In this document: one piece after another, positions 27,580 to 35,364 of the stretch
Layout of the letters: each line of letters opens with the position of its first letter
Numbering within the stretch: the stretch's first letter is position 1
Source: Candidatus Latescibacterota bacterium
GTDB taxonomy: Bacteria > Latescibacterota > UBA2968 > UBA8231
DNA: 64,000 bases
Assembly: GCA_009691525.1 (NCBI GenBank)
Contig: SICG01000001.1
Location: 791 to 64,790 of the forward strand
Reading direction: 5' to 3'
The notes under the pieces: generated by a model
What the model was told of the DNA's origin: nothing
Seen by the model: only the letters and a program-made list of their open reading frames with translations
Databases searched by the model: none
Translations under genes and position numbers: made by a program

Positions 27580-28077
27580 CTAAGGAGCCCTGGGGGCGTC
27601 CTGAAACTTAACCCATTCCTCGGGGGGACGGCCCACGTTGGGAAGCAGGTGCTGGGCACTGAGGGCCAATTCCGAGGTCGGGTACTGCTCAATGACCCGC
27701 TGGTAGGACTGGCGCGCCTTGTCTAGGTCGCCGAGGAATTCCTCGCAGATGAAGGCGATCATGAACTGCGCCTCGTCCGCATGCTGGCTCTTTGGATATT
27801 GGCTGAGCAGGCGCTCGTACAGCACAACGGCACCTTTCATATCCCCTTGCCGCTGGGCAATGAGAGCGAGTTTGTCCAGGGCCTTGGGGGCTCGTTCGTC
27901 CTGGGGGTAGCGTTCGAGGAAGGTATTAAATTGACTGACCGCCTTGTCCAGCGCGGTGGTATCGGCGGCCGCAGCTTCGGCCTGGGAGAAGAGTTGATCA
28001 GCATTTTGGTCGCTGCAGCCGGCCAACCCCCAGCAGAGTCCGGCCAATGCCAATAGGGTTCTCAGCAAGATTCTCAT
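27580..28077 (-). CDS. TPR-repeat lipoprotein (YbgF/BamD-like)
   Basis: ATG 28077 gives MRILLRTLLALAGLCWGLAGCSDQ, with a lipobox LAGC. TPR-like repeats follow (ERYPQDERAPKALDKLA, LLSQYPKSQHADEAQF, IEQYPTSELALSAQ). The track's longer N-terminus (to 28308) is Ala/Arg/Pro-rich out-of-context sequence. Confidence 0.7.
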   Translation of the reverse strand: MRILLRTLLALAGLCWGLAGCSDQNADQLFSQAEAAAADTTALDKAVSQFNTFLERYPQDERAPKALDKLALIAQRQGDMKGAVVLYERLLSQYPKSQHADEAQFMIAFICEEFLGDLDKARQSYQRVIEQYPTSELALSAQHLLPNVGRPPEEWVKFQDAPRAP

Positions 28078-28132
28078 ATTTAAATTGCTAAGACCGTTCA
28101 ACCGGTTTCCGGGTTCCCGCAAGCGATCCACT

Positions 28133-28432
28133 TCAAGTGGTCGCTGCCGGCGCTGCCGGGGTGGGCGAACTCTTGCTTTCGCTGCCGCTGCTGCTGCTGC
28201 TGGACGCTGGGGAATCGCCGGCCTTGGCGGCCTTCTTGTACCCTTCGCTGCGGTAGTCGGTGATGTAGAAACCGGACCCCTTGAAAAGCAGGCCTCCCCC
28301 CCCGCCAATCAGGCGCTTCACTTTGCCCCTGCACCCCTTTTTATTGCACTTCTGCAGGGGTTCTGCCTTGATGCTCTGGTATTCGTCAAAGGTATGGCCG
28401 CATTTCTGACACTCGTATTCGTAGGTCGGCAT
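28133..28432 (-). CDS. FmdB-family zinc-ribbon protein with Ser/Ala-rich tail
   Basis: MPTYEYECQKCGHTFDEYQSI...LQKCNKKGCRGKVKRL has the CxxC...C..C ribbon typical of the FmdB/CxxC_CxxC_SSSS family. The tail is SSSSSSGSESKSS. Confidence 0.8.
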   Translation of the reverse strand: MPTYEYECQKCGHTFDEYQSIKAEPLQKCNKKGCRGKVKRLIGGGGGLLFKGSGFYITDYRSEGYKKAAKAGDSPASSSSSSGSESKSSPTPAAPAATT

Positions 28433-28522
28433 CGCAGGCCTTCTTTATAGGTGGCCATATCAACACTTATCTTATTACAAAATAAGAAAATGTATAATAC
28501 TCAGCCCCTTCGCGCAAGCACC

Positions 28523-30514
28523 TCACTGGCCCGCTCCCCTTCCCGGAGTAGGCACCCTTCCTTCCTCGGGGGCCGGCTCCTCCTGGGGTGCCTGAGGGGG
28601 GGGCTCATCAGGCTCCTCTGGCTGGCTGGCCGGAACAATCTGACCGCGCCGGTTGATCTTCATCATCTCCAACTCGGTATTGGTCCGCTGCCCCGGGGCA
28701 AAGCTGATCCGCCCTGCGGCACCCGCAAAATCCTGCAACCCGGCCAACCAATCGCGCAAAGCACCCCGCTCCCGTTTGCCCTTTTCCCAGCCCTCAATCA
28801 CCAGCCTGGCCGCATCGTATCCGTAAACCGCGTAGGCCGGCTGCTGGCCATACTGCCGGCGGAACTGCTCGACGAACTGCCTGGCGGCCGGTGTGCCTTC
28901 GTCGCGCCCGGTGACAAACATGCACCCCAGAAAATCCTGGCGCTCCCCCGTCGAAAGCTGGCGCAGGGCTTCTGGGTCGTACCAGATGTCGTTGCCAAGG
29001 ATCTGCGACCGCACCTGGTAAAAATGCAACTGCGGGGCGATGGTCTTGGCATCCTCAAAACTTTCAACCACCACCGCCATGCCGTCGATGGAGTCGACCA
29101 CCGGCTCCTGCGGCGTCTCCAGGGTAGCCAACGAATCAGCGGCGGCACTGTCCACCGCCGCCAGCTTGAGGGCCAGTCCCACCCGCCTGATCTCGGCGAA
29201 GGCGCGCTTGAAATTCTTTTGTTGGTCGGGCAGGTACCAGTCTCGGTACACCACCCTCGCCCCGTTGGCCTGCGCCACTCGGGTGAATTCGCGCTCAAAA
29301 TTCCAGCCGTAGTCGGTTAGTGGCGCCAGCACTACCAGAGTCCTCAGCCCCAAACCCAGGGTCGCGTATTCACCCAAGGCCCGCCCCTGAGCCTCTGGAG
29401 TGGAGCGCAACTGGAAGGTGTAGTGCCCGAGAGAATCCAGCCCGCTCTGCTGAGCCAGGGGAACAACCAGGGGCAGGCCAGCCGCCTCGGCACTGACCGC
29501 CGCCACCGCCGCCGGCGCGCTAAACACCGGTCCCACCACCGCCAGCACCCTTTCGTCGGCGATCAAACTGCGGATGGCGCGCGCCGTGCGCACCAGTTCG
29601 CTGTCCTGACCTTCGGCGATGGGCAGATTGCCGTAATCGAATCCCGTATCCATGGGGACCAGTTCGAAGCGATTGCCCTGCTCGCTGTTGGCCAACTGGG
29701 CCCCTTCCAGCAGTTCCCGGCCCAGTTGCGTGTTGGGCCCCGATAGGGGCAGGAGCAGGCCCAGGCGCGGCGCCTGCCCCTGGGTCACCTGCACGGGCAC
29801 GACCATCGGCACTACCGCGGCCAACTCCTGCTTGGCGGGCGCTGCTTTGCCTTCGGCCAGCAGCGGCATGAACAGACCACCAATGTGCTGGCGACGGTAG
29901 ACCTTCTGGGCAGCGCGGCCCTGCGCTTCCCAACCCAGACGCTGATACCAGCGCACCGCGCCAAAATCGAGAGCGTCGCGCAGCAGCCCTTCTCCAACCT
30001 GACTCCGCAGCCGGTCCATAGCCGGGCCGGCGACCAATCCGTTGCCCACCATCCCGGCTAGGCGTTCCGCAGCCTGCCCCCGGAGGTCGAGCGCCACCTT
30101 GTCGTTGGCCAGCACCCGGCCATAGAGCAGCGCCCCTTCGGCAAAACGCTGCAGGGCGTAGCAGCAGTCGCCAGCCAGCAGGCAGGCGTCCGGGACCAAG
30201 GGGCTGTCGGGGAATTTGGATTCCAGCCGCTGGGCCACCTGCAGGGCGCGTTCGTACTCGCCCAGATGGAACAGGGTGCGGCCGAGCATGAACTGGCCCG
30301 GACTGGAGCGTTGATTGAGGGGCTGCTTGACCAGATCCACAAAGGCATCGCGCGCCTTGGGGTACTGGCCCTTGGTGTAAAACCTGAGACCCTTGTTAAA
30401 AAGCTTGTCAGCCGCCGCGGAGTAGGGCGCCGGAGCCGACTGGGCCCGAACCGGCGCCAGGACGATGACCACGCAACAGAGCGCGGTGCAGAGAGCTGCG
30501 GTGCGCTGGAACAT
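28523..30514 (-). CDS. Secreted TPR + type-1 periplasmic-binding-fold (LivK-like) protein; LpoA-like architecture
   Basis: Signal peptide MFQRTAALCTALCCVVIVLAPVRAQS, then N-terminal TPR-like repeats (KGLRFYTKGQYPKARDAF, LGRTLFHLGEYERALQVAQ). The C-terminal roughly 400 aa (LGLLLPLSGPNTQLGRELLEGAQLA...VVGPVFSAPAAVAA) resemble Leu/Ile/Val-binding-type receptors. Confidence 0.72.
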   Translation of the reverse strand: MFQRTAALCTALCCVVIVLAPVRAQSAPAPYSAAADKLFNKGLRFYTKGQYPKARDAFVDLVKQPLNQRSSPGQFMLGRTLFHLGEYERALQVAQRLESKFPDSPLVPDACLLAGDCCYALQRFAEGALLYGRVLANDKVALDLRGQAAERLAGMVGNGLVAGPAMDRLRSQVGEGLLRDALDFGAVRWYQRLGWEAQGRAAQKVYRRQHIGGLFMPLLAEGKAAPAKQELAAVVPMVVPVQVTQGQAPRLGLLLPLSGPNTQLGRELLEGAQLANSEQGNRFELVPMDTGFDYGNLPIAEGQDSELVRTARAIRSLIADERVLAVVGPVFSAPAAVAAVSAEAAGLPLVVPLAQQSGLDSLGHYTFQLRSTPEAQGRALGEYATLGLGLRTLVVLAPLTDYGWNFEREFTRVAQANGARVVYRDWYLPDQQKNFKRAFAEIRRVGLALKLAAVDSAAADSLATLETPQEPVVDSIDGMAVVVESFEDAKTIAPQLHFYQVRSQILGNDIWYDPEALRQLSTGERQDFLGCMFVTGRDEGTPAARQFVEQFRRQYGQQPAYAVYGYDAARLVIEGWEKGKRERGALRDWLAGLQDFAGAAGRISFAPGQRTNTELEMMKINRRGQIVPASQPEEPDEPPPQAPQEEPAPEEGRVPTPGRGAGQ

Positions 30515-30622
30515 TGCGCCTCCCTAGCCGGCTGCTGCAGCCGGTGCTGGGGTTTGAAGTGAACGAGAGAATCTAGATCTTTCCCCGGGCGGTGTCAATC
30601 GCGCGGGTCCCGATCGATGACC

Positions 30623-30675
30623 GGACCTTGTCCCCAGGATTGGACCTTGTCCACGGGGTTGAGGCCGAGTATATT
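30623..30675 (+). promoter_or_regulatory. Putative promoter with tandem direct repeats upstream of the ClpX-like gene
   Basis: The 11-nt direct repeat GGACCTTGTCC occurs at 30623-30633 and 30642-30652. The second copy supplies a -35 TTGTCC (30647-30652), followed by a 17-nt spacer and a -10 TATATT (30670-30675), 48 nt before ATG 30723. Confidence 0.35.
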
Positions 30676-30722
30676 CTCGACGCACGGCCTATTCCCCTCC
30701 TCCCCTCTACTACCCTCCCCTT

Positions 30723-32231
30723 ATGGACATACGCGCCGAAAAGATGGGCCTCGATCCCGAAAAATTGCGCCAGTTCCTGGCCCGCCAATACGAATCCGCC
30801 GCCGAACCACCAGCCCAGCCCCAGACCACCGGCCCTACCGCCACGGGCACACCCGGCGCCTACCGAGAGGGCTACGAATTCGACCTGAAACCAGAACAAC
30901 TGATCGCCTATCTCGACCAGTACGTGATCAGGCAGGACGAAGCCAAGGCCATCCTCGCCACCAAGTTCTGCACCCACTTCAATCGGCTCAGGCTCCCCCC
31001 AGACGAGGAAGAGGAACTGGTCGGCAACATCAAGAACAATGTGCTGATGATCGGCCCCACTGGCGTGGGCAAGACCTACTTGATCAAGCTCATCGCCCGC
31101 CGATTGGGGGTGCCCTTTGTTAAGGCCGACGCCACCAAGTTCAGCGAGACCGGGTATGTGGGCGGCGACGTGGAGGACCTGGTGCGCGAACTGGTGCGCG
31201 AAGCCGGGGGCGACATCGAGAAAGCCCAGTACGGGGTGATCTATATCGACGAAATCGACAAGATCGCCGCCTCGCGCAACAGCTTCGGTCCCGATGTCTC
31301 CCGTTCTGGGGTCCAGCGCAACCTGCTCAAACTGATGGAGGAGACCGAGGTCGACTTGCGCTCCCCCCACGACATTGCCTCGCAGATGGAATCCGTCTTA
31401 CAGATACAGCGCACTGGCAAGGCCGAACGGCGCAAGATCAATACCCGCCATATCCTCTTTGTGGTCAGCGGCGCCTTCTCCGGCCTGGAGGAGATCATCG
31501 GCAGACGGCTCAACCGCGGCCAGATGGGATTCCATAGACCCTCCCAGCCCCAGTCCGAACCCGCCGGGGACCGGTTGGCCTCCCAGGTGCGCGCCGAGGA
31601 TCTCATCGAGTACGGCTTCGAGTCCGAATTCATCGGCCGCCTGCCGGTGGTCGCCGTGCTCAACGAATTGGGATGGCTGGATCTGCTCCAGATCCTGCGC
31701 AACCCCAAGAACAGTGTTATCCTCGCCAAGAAACGCGACTTTCGCGCCTACGGCATCGACCTGCAATTCGCCGACGAGGCCCTGCAATTGCTGGCCCGGC
31801 GAGCCGGGGAGGAACACACCGGGGCCAGGGCCCTGGTCAGTGTCATCGAGAAGGTACTGCTGCACTTCGAACGCAAGCTGCCTTCGGTGGACATCAAGGC
31901 CCTGACGGTGAGCGCCGGGGTGGTAGAAGACCCCGCAGGCAGTCTGCAGGAACTCCTCTTCCACCACTCCCTCCAGCGCTTCAGCGAAGGATTTTTCCAG
32001 TCGCACGGCATCCAGCTGCATTTTCCCCCCGAGACCCTCAGGGAGCTGTGGCAACTGGCCCTGGCCAGGAAGCTCTTACCCGAAGACCTGTGCCGCGAAC
32101 TGCTGGCCGACTACGGCCACGGCCTGCGACTTGTCGAAGAGCGCGAATTCACCGTCGGGCCCGCAGCACTGCTCAAACCCCAGGAAACGCTCAACCAGCT
32201 GATCAAAGAGTTCTACAGCCGCCGCCGCTGA
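30723..32231 (+). CDS. ClpX-family AAA+ ATPase paralog lacking the N-terminal zinc-binding domain, with a C-terminal extension
   Basis: Alignable by eye with ClpX: LDQYVIRQDEAKAILA, Walker A GPTGVGKT, pore loop GYVGGDVE, Walker B IYIDEIDKI, EFIGRLPVV and TGARAL. The first roughly 65 aa contain no Cys, and about 115 extra residues follow the ClpX core. Confidence 0.85.
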   Translation: MDIRAEKMGLDPEKLRQFLARQYESAAEPPAQPQTTGPTATGTPGAYREGYEFDLKPEQLIAYLDQYVIRQDEAKAILATKFCTHFNRLRLPPDEEEELVGNIKNNVLMIGPTGVGKTYLIKLIARRLGVPFVKADATKFSETGYVGGDVEDLVRELVREAGGDIEKAQYGVIYIDEIDKIAASRNSFGPDVSRSGVQRNLLKLMEETEVDLRSPHDIASQMESVLQIQRTGKAERRKINTRHILFVVSGAFSGLEEIIGRRLNRGQMGFHRPSQPQSEPAGDRLASQVRAEDLIEYGFESEFIGRLPVVAVLNELGWLDLLQILRNPKNSVILAKKRDFRAYGIDLQFADEALQLLARRAGEEHTGARALVSVIEKVLLHFERKLPSVDIKALTVSAGVVEDPAGSLQELLFHHSLQRFSEGFFQSHGIQLHFPPETLRELWQLALARKLLPEDLCRELLADYGHGLRLVEEREFTVGPAALLKPQETLNQLIKEFYSRRR

Positions 32232-32236
32232 AGGCC

Positions 32237-33634
32237 TCAGTCCGCAGGCCGCAACCCGTATTGCTTTTCTTTGCGGTAAAGCGTGCTCAGACCTATACCC
32301 AGCAGCCTGGCCGCCTGCCGACGGTCGTGGTTGACCACTTTCAAGGTTTCCTCGATGGCCACCCTCTCCAGCTCCTCCAGACTCATGCCGGGCCGAAATA
32401 AAAGTCCAGAGACCTCCGGTGCCTTCTTGCGGATATGGGGCGGGATGTCGCCCACCTTGAGTGAGCCCTGGCGCGGGCCCATGACCACCATGCCCTCGAT
32501 GCAGTTCTTCAGTTCCCGCACATTGCCTGGCCACTCGTAGGCCATCAGCACATCGAGGGCTTCGGGGGCCACTCCGGTGAGCTGCACCCCGTTTTCGCGG
32601 GAGAACTGGTGGGTGAAGACATCCACCAGCATCGGGATGTCTTCCCGGCACTCGCGCAGCGGCGGCACCTCGATGGCGACTACCTTGAGCCGATAGAAGA
32701 GATCCGCCCTATAGGTTCCCTGCTCCACCATCTCCTCCAGATTGCGGTTGGTGGCGGCGATGATACGCACATCCACCTTGCGGGTCTGGCTCCCCCCCAC
32801 TCGCTCGAATTCGCCGCTCTGGATGCCCCGCAGCAGTTTGACCTGGGTGGCCAGAGGCAGGTCGCCCACCTCATCGAGGAACAAGGTTCCCTGGTCGGCA
32901 AGGTCGAAACGTCCCTTGCGCGCCGTCGCCGCCCCGGTGAAGGCGCCCTTCTCGTGGCCAAACAATTCGCTTTCCACGATGCCTTCGGGCAGCGCCCCGC
33001 AGTTGATCTCGACAAAAGGGTTTTCCCGCCGGCGGCTCTGCTGGTGGATGGCCTTGGCCACCTCCCCCTTGCCAGTCCCGGTCTCACCGGTGATCAGCAC
33101 GCTGGCCTTCGACCTGGCCACCTGCTCAATCTGGCTGTAGATCCGCTGCCAGCGGGAGGAACGGCGCGCAATGCCTCCCATACGGTAGCGCTCGTCCAGC
33201 CGGCGCTGCAGGTTGCTGACCTCGCCCACCAGGCGCTGATGGGAAATTCCCCGATCCAGTACCACCCGGACCTTGGCCAGGTTCAGCGGCTGAACCTGGA
33301 AGTCGTACGCCCCCATACGCATGGCTTCTACTCCCAGCTCGATCTCCGCCGGACCGCCCACCAGGATGGCGCAGATCTCCGAATTGCGCTGGCGCGCCAC
33401 CTGTAATAGGCGCAGCCCATCGATGCGACTGTCCCGCAGGTCGGCGATCAGGGCATCCGGGGCCTCGCTGTCGATGATCTCGTAACCAATCTGCCCCTCC
33501 CTTACCCACATCACCTCGAAACCCTGGTGTTCCAGGAAAGCGACTAACTCCTTGGTGGGGGCCGATTCGGGCAACACCACCAGCACCCTCGGTACCGGCT
33601 TGTTATCGGCACTCACATTCCCCTGCTTTCGCAC
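32237..33634 (-). CDS. Sigma-54-dependent transcriptional activator (NtrC family: receiver-like + AAA+ + Fis-type HTH)
   Basis: Walker A GETGTGKG, the sigma-54 contact loop GAFTGA, FLDEVGDL, and a C-terminal HTH RQAARLLGIGLSTLYRKEKQYGL. The start is GTG as listed; downstream GTGs are possible. Confidence 0.9.
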   Translation of the reverse strand: MRKQGNVSADNKPVPRVLVVLPESAPTKELVAFLEHQGFEVMWVREGQIGYEIIDSEAPDALIADLRDSRIDGLRLLQVARQRNSEICAILVGGPAEIELGVEAMRMGAYDFQVQPLNLAKVRVVLDRGISHQRLVGEVSNLQRRLDERYRMGGIARRSSRWQRIYSQIEQVARSKASVLITGETGTGKGEVAKAIHQQSRRRENPFVEINCGALPEGIVESELFGHEKGAFTGAATARKGRFDLADQGTLFLDEVGDLPLATQVKLLRGIQSGEFERVGGSQTRKVDVRIIAATNRNLEEMVEQGTYRADLFYRLKVVAIEVPPLRECREDIPMLVDVFTHQFSRENGVQLTGVAPEALDVLMAYEWPGNVRELKNCIEGMVVMGPRQGSLKVGDIPPHIRKKAPEVSGLLFRPGMSLEELERVAIEETLKVVNHDRRQAARLLGIGLSTLYRKEKQYGLRPAD

Positions 33635-33869
33635 GCATAATAGTAAGAAGAAAAAGCACTTATTATATTACCTCTCCACTTTTTCCCTTGACGTATCGCT
33701 CATAGTTATTTCCATAAAAAAAGCTAATTTGAAACGTCCACTCCAGCGCCCCACACTTTCGGTAACCGCCTGATGTTCGATTTTTTTTGGCAAAAGAAGA
33801 TCCGGCGATCCGGGATTCGATCCCAAGATAGAGATCGAGCGCCTGGTCGAGTTCAGCCCTCCCTCCGCC

Positions 33870-35301
33870 TTGGTCTATCACCACAAGGGGACGGCCAACG
33901 GAGACGTGGAGGATCTGGGTAAGTCCTTCATCCTGCGGCGCGACAAAAAACTCTATTCTGAAGGACCTCATCTCTACATCACCACCCCCGAGAATCTGAA
34001 TCTTTCCACCGATCAGAACCTGTCCGCCAAAAACGTTTCCCTGCATTTCTATCACCGCCGCGTTCCCCATCGCATTGAGTGCCGCATTCTCGGGCGCTTT
34101 CGCCTGCTTCCAGAAATCGTCGAAACCCTCGATTTCCACGCCCAGGCAGCCTACAAGCTCATCCCTATCGGCTCGGTCAAAAAGCAGGAAAAACGCCAGT
34201 TCCTCCGTTACACCATGAGGAACTACGGCGACACCAGAGTACCAACGACCTCACACGTCACTTTCGATCTTTTTGCCCGGACGACGAACCACACCTTCCC
34301 CACCCAGGGTGCGCCGGTCCAGATGCTCACCGACCTGACCACCACCTCCTTCCTCAAGCCAGCGTCGGGGCGGCCCTCTTTTTCCACCCGGGAGGCAATT
34401 GCCGAATTCCGCGCCATCATGCTCAACAAGCAACCCCACGATCGCTTCATCAGCCTGTCCAAGATCATCCGCCCCCCCAGCACCGGAATGTTGCGCAAAC
34501 CAGACATCGAACTCGTGCTGGGGGAGGTCAATATCCTGGCCTTGGAAATGGAATCCCTGCGCGATGTGCTCTACCTGAAAAAACCGGTCCGGATCTCCAT
34601 AGGCGGCAAAAGGGGCAAGACAGCCTCTACGCGCTGCACGAGGGAGAAAAGATCATCGGACGGTTCTCCCTCGAGGGGAAATACTACGAATTCCTCCTCG
34701 AAATCGTCGAGGCACGGACTCAAAACGAGGTGGTCAAACCCCTGGGTTTCATCCGGCCCGAGAGCGGCCTGGAAATACCCCTGGTCAACTTCAGTACCGG
34801 CGGCCTGCTCATCGAGAGCAGCCCCGAATTTCTCTCCTTTGTGCTTCAAGAAAAATGTCCGGTCATTGATGAGAACACCGACTATTCCAGCGAGCCTTGG
34901 CCCGAGATTTTCGAGGAGATGCGCCGCATATCCTCCACCTGACCCTGTACCCCAAGCTCCACTTCCCGGACGCTGTGAAGCAATTCAAACCCGAACTGCC
35001 TTTCAAGGTTTCGGTCCTGGCCCAGATCACCCGCACCCATTGGAACCAGGTGAGCCCGAAAAATCAAGTCCTGCAACACGGCCTTCAGCTCGCTTACGAA
35101 CCACAGGCCATTCCGCTCAAGGAAGACGACATTATTCCCTGGCGGTACATCAAGAACATCAAAGACAACGAGCCTCTGAGAACCGTACACAGCAAGCTGA
35201 GCCAACTCTACGGCTATCTGGAAACCCAGAGCCTCACGGCCGAGCGCGAACGGTCCTCCCGACCCCGTCCACCCCAGACTCCACCCTCCACCACCGCCTG
35301 A
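33870..35301 (+). pseudogene. PilZ-domain protein gene disrupted by at least two frameshifts
   Basis: Protein-like sequence runs in frame 0 from 33870 to about 34600 (contains KRQFLRY). It continues in frame 2 from about 34612 to 34942 (GQDSLYALHEGEKIIGRF...VNFSTGGLLIES, a PilZ D/NxSxxG motif). It continues again in frame 1 from about 34925 to 35301 (HILHLTLYPKLHFPD...FKVSVLAQITRT). The uninterrupted track ORF 33870..35342 becomes Arg/Ser/Pro-rich junk after about 34610. Confidence 0.55.
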
Positions 35302-35364
35302 GCCTTCACCCGGGTGTCGCCGCCGGCCCTCAGGTATCCTGACAGCGTACCCGCCTTTTTGAAT

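Noticed and set aside
30573-31370. 265-aa minus-strand ORF covering the spacer and the 5' half of the ClpX-like gene
   Set aside because: It is antisense to a gene with strong AAA+ motifs. Its own sequence is Gly/Ala/Val-rich shadow with no recognisable domain.
33663-34139. 158-aa minus-strand ORF opposite the 5' part of the PilZ pseudogene
   Set aside because: It is antisense to protein-like plus-strand coding. It has no RBS or recognisable domain and extends into the AT-rich promoter spacer.
34610-35342. Second half of the uninterrupted 490-aa frame-0 ORF 33870..35342
   Set aside because: After about 34610 the frame-0 translation is Arg/Ser/Pro-rich with no structure-like pattern. Frames 2 and 1 give a coherent PilZ-like continuation, so I treat the locus as frameshifted and not as one intact CDS.
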